This document shows positions 9,240-21,130 of a stretch of DNA of 64,000 nucleotides, piece by piece; position 1 is the first letter of the stretch; the number at the start of each line of letters is the position of its first letter. The notes under the pieces are model-generated. The model did no database searches. It was not told the DNA's origin and was given only the letters and a program-made list of their open reading frames with translations. The translations under genes and the position numbers were made by a program. The stretch spans positions 2,457 to 66,456 of the forward strand of contig CAXMMQ010000001.1 of the NCBI GenBank assembly GCA_963693035.2, written 5' to 3'. The DNA comes from an uncultured Lichenicoccus sp. (GTDB taxonomy: Bacteria; Pseudomonadota; Alphaproteobacteria; Acetobacterales; Acetobacteraceae).

Positions 9240-10507
9240 GCCGAAGCATGAGGCGGCATCTGCAAACGCTCGGACCAGCCCTGGGCCTCGCGATGCTGTG
9301 CGCGTCGGCACTCGCCGGTCCGGCCCGCAGCCAGAGCGCCGACCTGGTCCATCGTGGCGAGTACCTGACGCGGGCCGCGGATTGCCAGGCCTGCCACTCC
9401 GCGGCCGGTGGTGGCGCATTCGCTGGCGGACGCGCCTTCACGCTGCCGATGGGCGAGCTGTATTCGCCCAACATCACGCCCGACCGCCAGACCGGCATTG
9501 GCAACTATACCGACGACGAGTTCGTGCGCGTGCTGCACAGCGGTGTGGCACCCGGCGGCAGGCATCTCTATCCGGCGATGCCGTACAATTCCTACACCCT
9601 GATGACGCGCGAGGATGCGCTCGCCATCAAGGCCTATCTGTTCAGCCTGACGCCAGTGCATGCGACGCCGCCTGCGAACCGGATGTCGTTTCCGTACAAT
9701 ATCCGCGCCGTGATGATCGGCTGGAACCTGATCAACAATCCCGACCGCCGCTTCGCTGCCGATGCAGCCAAGTCAGCCGACTGGAACCGCGGCGCCTATC
9801 TCGTCGAGGCGCTCGGCCACTGCGCGCAATGCCATACGCCGCGCACCGCAACCCAGGGGCTCGACACCGCGCACGCCTATGCCGGCGCCGTGCAGCAGGG
9901 CTGGACCGCCTACAACCTGACCAGCGACGCCACCCATGGCCTGAAGAGCTGGAGCGACGCGGCCCTGGAGCAATATCTGTCCACCGGCCATGCCGATGGG
10001 CACGGCCCGGCGTCCGGCCCGATGGCCGATGCGGTGCAATACAGCCTGCGCTACCTGACGCCGTCCGACATCCAAGCCATCGTGGTCTATCTGCGCAGCA
10101 TCCCGGCGCAGCCGGATGGGCCCGAGCCGCCGCCGCCGGTGGTCACCGCACAGGCGCCCGCCGCGATGGGCCAGCAGATCTTCGCCGAGGCCTGCGCCGG
10201 CTGCCACCTGCCCGGCGGCGACGGGCGGCAGTCGCAATGGGCGGCTCTGCGCGGCGACCACAGCCTGGGCGATCCGAGTGCCACCAACATGCTGCAGGTG
10301 CTCGCGCACGGCTCGCAGATCCAGACCGCCCAGGGCCTGATGTTCATGCACGCCTTCACCCGCGCCTACACCGATCCGGAACTGGCGGCGGTCGCGAACT
10401 ACGCGATCGGGCAGTTCGGCGGCCGGCAGGGCGAGGTCACGGCGCAGCAGGTCAAGGCCGCGCGGGACGCCGCCGAGAAGACGGAGAAGATCGGCTCGGG
10501 GTCCTGA
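9236..10507 (+). CDS. Triheme cytochrome c subunit of a membrane-bound dehydrogenase
   Basis: Signal peptide; three CxxCH motifs (CQACH, CAQCH, CAGCH); YSPNITPD; ATGA overlap with the upstream gene. Confidence 0.93.
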   Translation: MSRSMRRHLQTLGPALGLAMLCASALAGPARSQSADLVHRGEYLTRAADCQACHSAAGGGAFAGGRAFTLPMGELYSPNITPDRQTGIGNYTDDEFVRVLHSGVAPGGRHLYPAMPYNSYTLMTREDALAIKAYLFSLTPVHATPPANRMSFPYNIRAVMIGWNLINNPDRRFAADAAKSADWNRGAYLVEALGHCAQCHTPRTATQGLDTAHAYAGAVQQGWTAYNLTSDATHGLKSWSDAALEQYLSTGHADGHGPASGPMADAVQYSLRYLTPSDIQAIVVYLRSIPAQPDGPEPPPPVVTAQAPAAMGQQIFAEACAGCHLPGGDGRQSQWAALRGDHSLGDPSATNMLQVLAHGSQIQTAQGLMFMHAFTRAYTDPELAAVANYAIGQFGGRQGEVTAQQVKAARDAAEKTEKIGSGS

Positions 10508-10606
10508 CGCCGACGCTGCGGCGTTCACGGTCTGGTGCGAGCAAGTTGATGCGACCGTTCGCGGGAGCGGGCGTTGGCTGCGTCCCCACCGTCTAGGAAA
10601 CAATCG

Positions 10607-11119
10607 ATGCCCGCGCCGGAAAGCCTCAAGGAAGTCTACACGGATGAGCTGAAGGATCTTTGGTCGGCGAATGACCAGATGACGAAGGCTATCAGGACCC
10701 TCTCCGAGAAGGTTCATGACAAGAAGCTGAAGGAGCTGTTCGAAGGCTCTCATGCCGGAATCGAGAAGCATACGGAGACCCTGAAGTCCCTCCTCGATTC
10801 CACCGGCGGCGAGATCGAAAAGGAGCACTGCAAGGGCATGGAGGGCTTGGTGAAGGAAGCCCTGAAGCACGGGATCAAGGAGGCACCGGAGGATGGCGAC
10901 CTGCTCGATATCGTGCTGATCGCGCAATATCAGCGGATGTCGCACTATGGTGTGACGGGCTTCGGCACGGCTGCCGCTTATGCAGGTGCTCTTGGTCTCA
11001 AGGACGACGTAAAGAAACTCAAGGCGATCGTCGCAGAGATCTACCAAGCCGACGAATACACCAGCAAGCAGGGCGATCGGCTGGCGAAGCTGGCCGCAAA
11101 GCACGCGGCCGCTGCCTAG
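10607..11119 (+). CDS. yciF: DUF892/YciF ferritin-like stress protein
   Basis: ELKDLWSA, HCKGMEGLVKE and IAQYQRMSHYG. Confidence 0.85.
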   Translation: MPAPESLKEVYTDELKDLWSANDQMTKAIRTLSEKVHDKKLKELFEGSHAGIEKHTETLKSLLDSTGGEIEKEHCKGMEGLVKEALKHGIKEAPEDGDLLDIVLIAQYQRMSHYGVTGFGTAAAYAGALGLKDDVKKLKAIVAEIYQADEYTSKQGDRLAKLAAKHAAAA

Positions 11120-11202
11120 GATCGAGACACTCGTATCTGCTTGGTGAGGCCGGCGCGTCGGCCTGGCGCCGGGCTGTGGGCGCCCTTCAGCAAGGCGCCC
11201 CT

Positions 11203-13287
<2,085 letters not shown>

Positions 13288-13409
13288 GCCGGACGCCTTA
13301 CCCGACCGGCGACGGCGCGCCAAATCCTCGAGCGGACGACCTGTCGACGGCAGGCCAAGCTTCACCGGAACTTCACATAGCGGGATGGCTCCAGAAACTA
13401 AGACAGGGC

Positions 13410-13425
13410 GTCAGGAATTGGTCAG
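13410..13425 (-). promoter_or_regulatory. OmpR-family-type direct repeat CTGAC-N6-CTGAC, copy 1
   Basis: Minus strand CTGAC caattc CTGAC, followed 9 nt later by TAGTTT (-10-like) facing the S9 peptidase. Confidence 0.6.
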
Positions 13426-13432
13426 GTTTCGC

Positions 13433-15682
13433 ATGCCTAAGCTCAGGCGTCTGGGGTCCGTCACGACGGCGGCGTTCGTTGTCGCAGCCTGTGCGCTGCC
13501 CGCCTCGCGCCGATCGTTCGCCCAGGCAAGCGCCGAACAAGCCGCGAGCGCGGACACCTCGCCCCCTGCCGAGAGCGTGCAGGTCAACGGGCACGTCTTC
13601 CCGGGCGCCGCTTCGGCGCAGGCGCCGTCGCAGGGGTCGCTCACCCAGATCCAGCCGAGCGCGGTGATCGGCCAGCGCTACATCCAGGAGAACGTGCCGG
13701 CGACCTCCAACTACGACGACATCATCCGGCTGACGCCGAGTGCGATGGATATCGATCCCAACGGTCCCGGACTGCAGCAGGATTTCGGCCAGAGCATACG
13801 CGGCCTGCAATACACCCAGTTCAGCGTGCTGTTCGACGGCGTGCAGGTTCCAGGCTCGCCGAGCAACCTTTCGCCACAGCCGGCCGCCTATTTCGTGGCG
13901 CACGACCTTTCCGGCATCGTCGTCAACCGCGGCCCGGGGCCGGCCTCGACCGTCGGGTCGGCGACGTTCGGCGGGGATGTCGAACTTTCCTCGCGCGATC
14001 CGTCGACCACGATGCGCTTCAACCCGTATGCAACCTTCGGCAGCTTCGGGACCAAGCTCTACGGCTTGCAGGCGGATACCGGGGCACTCGGCGGCGTGTT
14101 CGGCGACGGCAGGCTGATGATCGACATCCAGCGCAACGAAAGCCGCGGCGCCTCGACCGGCACCAGTGACGAGCGGCGCAACCTGTTCCTCAAATATATC
14201 CAGCCGATCGGCGCCGACACCACGCTGACGGCGGCGGTCAACCTAGACAACGCCGTGACCGACACGCCATACGGCACCTCGCTCGCACTGATCGACACGT
14301 ATGGGCGGAATTTCTCGCTCAACGACGATCCGCGCTCGCAGGCCTACGGCCCGTACAACCGCGACAACTACACGACGGATTTCGAATACATCAAGCTCGA
14401 CCACGATTTCGGCAGCGGGCTGGGCGTGTCGGACCAGGCCTATACCACCGCCTTCTATCACCGCGGCACGCAGACGTCGGACACCTCGCTTACCACGCCC
14501 AACCTCACCACGACGGCGACACGCACGTACTTCCTGAACGGCGTGCGCACCGTGCTGGACAACGACGTGCCCGGCGCCGCCTACAAGAACGACTACCGGG
14601 CGTGGGGCGACATCCTGCGCTTGGCCTACGACACCGGCTTCGGCCAGTTGCGCACCGGCGCCTGGTTCGAGAGCGAGGACAACCCGCTCTACAAGACCAA
14701 TGTCGTGCTGACGCGCAACGACCTGCCGTACACGACGTCGCGGACCGCATCACCATACCAGTACCGCTATTTCGATCGGCTGACGACGGCACAGCCCTAT
14801 ATCGAGTTCGCCTGGCGACCGACTGCGCGCCTGACGGTAACTGTCGGCGTCAAGTACAGCTCGGTGACGCGGGCGCTGAACGGCCCGCTGGTGCGCACGG
14901 TGAAGCGCGCGGCGGATGACCATGCGACCTACAACAAGGCGCTGCCGTCGATCGACCTGAACTACCGTGTCGCGACCGGGCTGTCGGTGTATGCGCAGGC
15001 CGCCAAGGGCTATCTGACGCCGCCACTCAACGTGTTCTACGCCTCGATCGTGAGCAGCGTGCAGCCCTCGACCACCGACAACTACCAGGTTGGCAGCGTC
15101 TATCAGCACCGCTGGCTGTCGGCCGACGCCGACCTGTATTACATCCGCTACCAGAACTACATCGCGGCCACCACGCTCGGCACCAACACGCTTTATACCA
15201 ACCAGGGTTCGGCGCACTTCAAGGGTGTCGAGGTCGAGGCGACGGCACAGGTCGGCTACGGCTTTGCGCTGTATGCCAACGGCTCGCTCAACGATGCCAA
15301 CTACCTCAACGGCGCCTCGGTCGCCCAGGCGCCGCGCCGCACCGGCGTTGCCGGATTGCTGTTCGACCGCACCAACCTTGCGCTCGAAGGGGATCGTGTT
15401 GGGTTCTCGCTGCTTGACAAGGATGTCGGTCCGCAATGGGGCGTGGATACCGGGTTCAAGAACAAGTATCCGATCAAGTCGTACGACACGCTCGATCTTT
15501 CGGTGCACTACGTGCTGCCGGTCCTGCGCGGACGCCATGTCGAACTCGGCATGCAGGCGACCAATCTGCTGAACAATCTGAGCCTGATCGGCTACGCGGG
15601 TGCTGCGGCGGGCAACGGCGAGCCGCTGTACTGGGTCAATCCGGGGCGCGGCCTGTTCTTCAATATTGCCGCGGTCATCTGA
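13433..15682 (+). CDS. TonB-dependent receptor (TBDR1)
   Basis: Signal peptide; TonB-box-like ESVQVNG; plug motifs SIRG and VNRGPG..ATFGG; amphipathic beta strands; about 750 aa. Confidence 0.92.
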   Translation: MPKLRRLGSVTTAAFVVAACALPASRRSFAQASAEQAASADTSPPAESVQVNGHVFPGAASAQAPSQGSLTQIQPSAVIGQRYIQENVPATSNYDDIIRLTPSAMDIDPNGPGLQQDFGQSIRGLQYTQFSVLFDGVQVPGSPSNLSPQPAAYFVAHDLSGIVVNRGPGPASTVGSATFGGDVELSSRDPSTTMRFNPYATFGSFGTKLYGLQADTGALGGVFGDGRLMIDIQRNESRGASTGTSDERRNLFLKYIQPIGADTTLTAAVNLDNAVTDTPYGTSLALIDTYGRNFSLNDDPRSQAYGPYNRDNYTTDFEYIKLDHDFGSGLGVSDQAYTTAFYHRGTQTSDTSLTTPNLTTTATRTYFLNGVRTVLDNDVPGAAYKNDYRAWGDILRLAYDTGFGQLRTGAWFESEDNPLYKTNVVLTRNDLPYTTSRTASPYQYRYFDRLTTAQPYIEFAWRPTARLTVTVGVKYSSVTRALNGPLVRTVKRAADDHATYNKALPSIDLNYRVATGLSVYAQAAKGYLTPPLNVFYASIVSSVQPSTTDNYQVGSVYQHRWLSADADLYYIRYQNYIAATTLGTNTLYTNQGSAHFKGVEVEATAQVGYGFALYANGSLNDANYLNGASVAQAPRRTGVAGLLFDRTNLALEGDRVGFSLLDKDVGPQWGVDTGFKNKYPIKSYDTLDLSVHYVLPVLRGRHVELGMQATNLLNNLSLIGYAGAAAGNGEPLYWVNPGRGLFFNIAAVI

Positions 15683-17300
15683 CCGGGGCGAGCGACGCGA
15701 GCGACCCGAGCCAGGCCTCGTAGCGGCGCCATGCACCTGCGGCCTCCGTGGAAATCGGCCTTCGGACCTGCCATTTGCTCGGCGTGTGCACCGCGCGCGG
15801 GTTCAGTTCGGGCCGCAGGCAGGCATCCGACCAGGAGAGGCCGCAGGCCGACAGCAGGCGCCGGATCACCGCCTCCGGAGTGGCGACCAGCTCCTCGTAG
15901 ACCACTTCGTGCAGGCGCTCCGACGGCAGCACGCGCCGCCAGTGCGCCGCCAGCCGCTCGACTGCGCCGATCGCGGCCACCAAAGCGTCGCCGCCGGTCG
16001 GAAAGGCGACGTGCTGGTTGAAATAGGTGCGGTGGATCGACAGGGCGGTATCGATCGGGCTGCGGCTGCACAGGATGATGGTGGCATCCGGCAGCGCTGC
16101 GTGGATCAGGCCGGCCTGCAGGATGTTGAACGGGCTCTTGTCGGTGACACGCGCCGCCCTGGGCGCAAGCTGGTGCAGCAGCCGCAGGTACTGTAAGGCC
16201 GAGGCCGCCGGATCCTGCGTTTCGGCGTGCCCGGTCCAGAACGGCAGCTCGCCGCCGGCATGCACCTGGGGGTGCGCCGACAGGATATGCTCGACCAGGG
16301 TGGTGCCGGTACGTGGCAGTCCGATGACCAGGACCGGCGTCGCATCGCGCTGTCCGCGCGGGGCAGGCGCGGTGACGCTCTCGGAGGTATGGAGCGCGAT
16401 CAGGCGGTCGATGCGGGCTTCGAAGGCCGCGGCATCGAAGCGGCAGAGGGTGCGGCGCCACTCATCCGCCAGGTCGTAGTGCCGCATCGCGCGGGCAGGG
16501 TCGTCGAGGTCGTCGAAGGCCTTGCCGAGGGCGAGGTGGAGTTTCAGCAGGAGTTCGGTCGGCAGGTTGGGAGTGGCGAGTGCGGCCTGCATGCGCGCGA
16601 TCAGCTCGCCATCGTCAGGTGTGAGGCGGCGGCAGCGCACCAGTTCGTAGTAGCTGCCGGCCAGTTGCGGCGCATCGCGGGTGGCCCGGTCGAGCAGGTC
16701 GAAGGCCTCCTGGAAGCGGCCGGCGCTGGACGCGATCATACCGAGCAGCTCGGTGGCGGAAAGCGCCGCCGGGTCCAGCGTCAGCAGCTGGCGCAGCGCC
16801 CGCTCCGCCTCGGCATCGCGGCCCCCGGCCAGCAAGGCGCGGGCATTGGCCAGCCGGGTCAGGCTGGTCCTCGGCGTGCCGGCGGCCGCACGCCGGAAGG
16901 CGGCGATGGCCTCGGGGGCACGGCCCAGCGTCTCAAGCAGGGCGCCTGCATGATAACGTGCCTCGACCAGCGACGGCTGCAGGCGGGATGCCTCCTGATA
17001 GGCGGCGAGGGCTCGGGCGTCGTCGCCCAGCCCCTGCAGCGCGATGCCGAGATGCAGATGGACAAGGGCAAAGCCTGGATCGCGGGCCAGCGCGGCCCTG
17101 AAGGCTTCCACTGCCTCGTCAGGGCGCCCGGCCTGCAGGCAGACCTGGCCAAGATCGTGCCGGAGGCCGGCATGCCCGGGTGCTGCGGCCGCCGCTGCAT
17201 AGAGCAGAGGCAGCGCGTCGGCCGGTCGGCCTTCCCGGACAAGTTGACCGGCGCGCAGCAGGCGAGGATCGGTGGTGGCAGGCTCAGGTCGGCGTGGCAT
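15675..17300 (-). CDS. TPR-repeat sulfotransferase (Sulfotransfer_3-like)
   Basis: N-terminal TPRs; PAPS 5'-PSB loop GLPRTGTTLVE; TDKSP; RSPIDTALS 3'-PB motif; QVRRPI. Confidence 0.9.
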   Translation of the reverse strand: MPRRPEPATTDPRLLRAGQLVREGRPADALPLLYAAAAAAPGHAGLRHDLGQVCLQAGRPDEAVEAFRAALARDPGFALVHLHLGIALQGLGDDARALAAYQEASRLQPSLVEARYHAGALLETLGRAPEAIAAFRRAAAGTPRTSLTRLANARALLAGGRDAEAERALRQLLTLDPAALSATELLGMIASSAGRFQEAFDLLDRATRDAPQLAGSYYELVRCRRLTPDDGELIARMQAALATPNLPTELLLKLHLALGKAFDDLDDPARAMRHYDLADEWRRTLCRFDAAAFEARIDRLIALHTSESVTAPAPRGQRDATPVLVIGLPRTGTTLVEHILSAHPQVHAGGELPFWTGHAETQDPAASALQYLRLLHQLAPRAARVTDKSPFNILQAGLIHAALPDATIILCSRSPIDTALSIHRTYFNQHVAFPTGGDALVAAIGAVERLAAHWRRVLPSERLHEVVYEELVATPEAVIRRLLSACGLSWSDACLRPELNPRAVHTPSKWQVRRPISTEAAGAWRRYEAWLGSLASLAPVR

Positions 17301-17417
17301 GGAGCGCAGGCGGCTTCATTGGTTGAAGCGGTTATCATAGGCCGACCCATCCGTTTCCCGACAGGCCGCGGGGAGACCGCAACCTGCCGGGCCGGACGCT
17401 GACGTTCGTGATCGGGT

Positions 17418-20198
17418 TCAGTCGTCTTTGTCGACGGTCGGGTGCCGCAGCGCGGCTTCGACCAGCTTGGCGGGCCACTGGATGTGCTGCTCGCCCGGAT
17501 ACGGACGCTTCCAGTCGGTGGCGGAATACCAGATCACGTGGTTGAGGAAATTCTCGTCCACTGAGTCCGCGTGACCCTGCTTGCCTCTGGTCATCCGGTT
17601 GGATGCGACATTCCATGCCTTCTGCATCGGTGTCATGCGAATGGCGTAGTTTGCCGGACCGGTGCCCGGGATCGGCACGCCGCCGGGGCCGATATTGAGC
17701 GGCGTGGTGGCCGGCACATGCGTGAACGGCGTGACATCGGCGGTGTTCTGGAAGCAGTCGAACATCGGCGACGCGGTCAGGTCGAACTGGGTCAGCGGCG
17801 GCAGGTCCAGGATGTTCTCGATGGTGCGGTTGATGTTCTCCTGCGTATAGGTGGTGTGAATGACGCGCCCGATGCCTGACGCTTGCGGCGCCACCGCATA
17901 GGGGCTGATGACGTAGGCCGGCTGGCGATGGCCGTCGATATGGTCGACGCCATCCTGGCTGTCGTCCTCCTCGACGAAGATCGCGGTCGTCGGCCATGCC
18001 CGGGTGTTGCTGATCGCCTCCACCATGCGGCCGAGGGCGAGGTCGTTGTCGGCCTCGTAGTTGTTGGGCAGCGGATCGCCGGTGGTGGTGCCGTTGGTGT
18101 GGTCGTCCGGCAGCCACAGGATGGTCAGGGTCGGCACCGCGTTCGCCGCATCCTGGGCGGCGAGGATCGGCAGGTAGTAGTCCATCCGGTACTGGTCCGG
18201 GATCCCGAGATTGAAGGAGGGATAGTGCGGATCAAGGATCTTCGTCACCGACGGGATGTAGGCCACCTCGGTATCGGCATTGTCCGGCACGATGTTGCTG
18301 CCGGCCTTGCCGCCGCTCTCCTTGAACAGCGAGGTGTTGTAGAAGTCGGCCCAGCTATAGTCGCCGCCGGCAGGCTTGGCCGCGATGGTGTAATGGTTGC
18401 TCCACTCGCCGTACATCTTGACGTCGAGGCCTTTCTGCTCGGCTGCCGACCACAGGAAGCCCTTCTGGGTGTAGGTCAGCGCATCGTTGCTGTTGCCGCC
18501 GGGATAGCTGCGGATCCAGTCCGGCGACAGGATGTCGTTGGAGTAGAACGAGCCGCTCTCGACGATCCAGGGATGCCCGTCCGCCGACTGCCGGCTCGGC
18601 GCATACATGTTGTCGAGCAGCGGGAACCGCTTCACCAGGGCGTGCTGGTTCGGAACGTTGGCGGCGAACACCGCGAGGCTCGGGTCGCCGTGCCCCTGCG
18701 GCAGGTCGCCGAGCATCTGGTCGTAGGTGCGGTTCTCCTTGATGACGAGGAAGACGTGCTTGATCAGCGACGGCTCGCCGACATGCGCCGGGATCGCGAC
18801 CGGATCGGCGTTCGGATTGGCATATTCCGAGCCGACCTGGATGTTCTTCGAATCCCAGTGGTTGTTGCGGATGACGCGCGCGGTCATCTTTGCGAGCTGC
18901 GTCGGGCCGGGCAGCGGGATCAGGCTGACGGTGCCGGTTTCCTGATGGGTGTTGAAGGCAGTCACGCCGTGCGCGGTGCCGAGCGATCCCTGCGCGCCGA
19001 GGCCCTTGTCGTCGGAGACGACGAGCTGTGCATTGGGTGCGTCGTAGGCGATGGTGGTCGGGAAGTACAGCGTCGGGATGTAGCCGATCACCGGGTTGGC
19101 GGAGTTGTTGGCGAGGTCGATCACCGCGACCGCGTTGGACTGGCCGAGGGTGACGTAGGCGTGGTCGCCGGCGATCGCGATGCCGTTGGCGCCGGCGCCG
19201 AACGTGCCGCCCTTTACCGGCACGCCGACCTTGATGGTGCGCACGACCTGCTGCAGGCCGGTATCGATCACCGAGACGGTGTCGTCGTAGGAATTGGCGA
19301 CATAGAGCTTGGAGCCCGAGACCGCCATGCCGGCGGGATGCAGGCCGACGGGGATGGTCTTGGTCACCGTGCCGCTGCGCATGTTGATCACCGAGACCGT
19401 CCCGGTGGTGGCGAACGCATCGGTCGGATCGGCCACGATCGGCGTGCCGTCGGAGAGGTTGGTGAAGTCCGACCCGGTCGCCGGCCGGCCGCCCTCGTTG
19501 CTGACATAGGCATAGTCGCCGCTGACCACGATGCTGTTGGGCGCGTTGCCGACCGCGATCTGGCTCTCCAGGGTGGAGTTCGAGAGGTTCAGCACGCCGA
19601 CGCTGTTGTTCGCGTTCAGCACGACGAGGCCCAGCGCGCCGCCTGCCGCCACGACGCCGCCGGGGTTCGCCGAGGTCGGGTTGTACAGGTTCGGGTTCGC
19701 CGGTGGCGGCGGCACCGGTATGCTCATCGCCGGCGTCAGCTCGCCGTTCGCCGGATTGACGTTCGCGACCGCGACGAAGTTGTTGTCCTGGCTGAACAGC
19801 AGCCTGGATCCGTCCGGCGAGTAGCTGATGCCGGTGAACGAGCCGGTGGTGTTGTTGGTGAAGCTGGTGCCGCTGACGGCGCTCGGGATGTAGCGCTGCA
19901 GCACCGCCCCGGTCTTGGTGTCGAACACGATGACCGGCTGGGCGGCATCCATCAGCAGCACCGCGCCGCTGCGCGTGGAGGGGTTCGGGTTGACGGCGAC
20001 CGCCTTGGCGACCACCGGCGAGCCGAGCTGCACGACCTTGCCGGCGGGCGTGAGCAGCTGGTTGTCCGAGGCGACGATGGAGCCGTTGGTCTGCGGTCCC
20101 ACCGTGCGGGTGGTCTGGTCGGTCTGCGCACACGCGATACCCGGGGCCGCGAGGGCGAGCGCCATCACGCCGGCGAGCGGATATTTCCTCAGTGACAT
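17418..20198 (-). CDS. Secreted YVTN/YncE beta-propeller + phosphoesterase (alkaline phosphatase superfamily) fusion
   Basis: Signal peptide; YVSN/YVAN/YVTL repeats; IKHVFLVIKENRTYDQMLGD; LPDDHT; EDDSQDGVDHIDGHR. Confidence 0.9.
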   Translation of the reverse strand: MSLRKYPLAGVMALALAAPGIACAQTDQTTRTVGPQTNGSIVASDNQLLTPAGKVVQLGSPVVAKAVAVNPNPSTRSGAVLLMDAAQPVIVFDTKTGAVLQRYIPSAVSGTSFTNNTTGSFTGISYSPDGSRLLFSQDNNFVAVANVNPANGELTPAMSIPVPPPPANPNLYNPTSANPGGVVAAGGALGLVVLNANNSVGVLNLSNSTLESQIAVGNAPNSIVVSGDYAYVSNEGGRPATGSDFTNLSDGTPIVADPTDAFATTGTVSVINMRSGTVTKTIPVGLHPAGMAVSGSKLYVANSYDDTVSVIDTGLQQVVRTIKVGVPVKGGTFGAGANGIAIAGDHAYVTLGQSNAVAVIDLANNSANPVIGYIPTLYFPTTIAYDAPNAQLVVSDDKGLGAQGSLGTAHGVTAFNTHQETGTVSLIPLPGPTQLAKMTARVIRNNHWDSKNIQVGSEYANPNADPVAIPAHVGEPSLIKHVFLVIKENRTYDQMLGDLPQGHGDPSLAVFAANVPNQHALVKRFPLLDNMYAPSRQSADGHPWIVESGSFYSNDILSPDWIRSYPGGNSNDALTYTQKGFLWSAAEQKGLDVKMYGEWSNHYTIAAKPAGGDYSWADFYNTSLFKESGGKAGSNIVPDNADTEVAYIPSVTKILDPHYPSFNLGIPDQYRMDYYLPILAAQDAANAVPTLTILWLPDDHTNGTTTGDPLPNNYEADNDLALGRMVEAISNTRAWPTTAIFVEEDDSQDGVDHIDGHRQPAYVISPYAVAPQASGIGRVIHTTYTQENINRTIENILDLPPLTQFDLTASPMFDCFQNTADVTPFTHVPATTPLNIGPGGVPIPGTGPANYAIRMTPMQKAWNVASNRMTRGKQGHADSVDENFLNHVIWYSATDWKRPYPGEQHIQWPAKLVEAALRHPTVDKDD

Positions 20199-20290
20199 CG
20201 TCGACTTAACTCCTGAACATGATCCCGGGCTGCCGCCGGCGAGAGCCGGAGGTGCGCGGGATCTGCTGCGCAAGGTTTTCGAACAGTAGG

Positions 20291-20306
20291 CTGACGGGAA
20301 CCTGAC
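20291..20306 (+). promoter_or_regulatory. Direct repeat CTGAC-N6-CTGAC, copy 2
   Basis: CTGAC gggaac CTGAC in the divergent gap between the phosphoesterase and the response regulator. Confidence 0.6.
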
Positions 20307-20419
20307 TGTCTGCCGCCCCGCGGCGTCCGGGCGCGCATTGTCACAAAAACATCGCCTTGCGCGGTGTCACGGAACGCCCCGATGATTGCGACGCGCTAGC
20401 TGTGCGTGGAGATCGACCG

Positions 20420-21130
20420 ATGCGTGTCCTGCTCGTCGAGGACCACCGCGCGCTGCGTACCATGATGATGGAGCATCTGCGCGCCGGCGGCTTCGTGACC
20501 GACGCGGTGGCGCGTGGCGACGAGGCGCTCGCGGCGGCATCGACCAGCCTGTACGACGCGGTCGTCCTCGATCTGGGTCTGCCCGACATGGACGGGCTCG
20601 AGGTGCTGCGCGCCCTGCGCTCCGGCGGCGCCCCCGACATGCCGGTCCTGGTGCTGACGGCGCGGGATGCCGTCTGCGACCGCGTCGAGGGGCTGGATGC
20701 CGGCGCCGACGACTACCTGCTCAAGCCGTTCGACCTGAACGAGTTCGATGCGAGGCTGCGCTCGGTGCTGCGCCGGCCCGGGCTGCGCCGCATGCCGGTG
20801 CTCGATCTCGGGGTCATGAGCTTCGACACCGAGGCCCGCGAGGCCAGAGTCCGCGGCGTCCTGCTCGACCTGTCGCGACGCGAGCTGTCGCTGCTGGAGG
20901 AGCTCGTGCGCGGGGTCGGCCGCACCGTGGTGCGCGACACGCTGGAGGACCGGCTCTACGGCCTCACCGACGCCTTCAGCGGCAACGCGCTGGAAGCCGC
21001 GGTCTCGCGCCTGCGCCGCCACATGGTCCGGGCCTGCGGCGACGAGATCGCGATCGAGACCATACGCGGCATCGGCTACCGGCTGGTGGTGCGCGCCGCC
21101 GGGCCGCGGGCACCTGATCCCGATGCGTGA
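20420..21130 (+). CDS. OmpR-family response regulator (PmrA/QseB/TctD-like)
   Basis: LLVEDH, VLDLGLPDMDG, LTARD, GADDYLLKPF and the winged-helix IETIRGIGY. Confidence 0.95.
   Translation: MRVLLVEDHRALRTMMMEHLRAGGFVTDAVARGDEALAAASTSLYDAVVLDLGLPDMDGLEVLRALRSGGAPDMPVLVLTARDAVCDRVEGLDAGADDYLLKPFDLNEFDARLRSVLRRPGLRRMPVLDLGVMSFDTEAREARVRGVLLDLSRRELSLLEELVRGVGRTVVRDTLEDRLYGLTDAFSGNALEAAVSRLRRHMVRACGDEIAIETIRGIGYRLVVRAAGPRAPDPDA

Noticed and set aside
20338-20370. PHO box from TTGTCAC and GTGTCAC
   Set aside because: The half-sites are 26 nt apart, not a multiple of 11, and the intervening heptamers match poorly.
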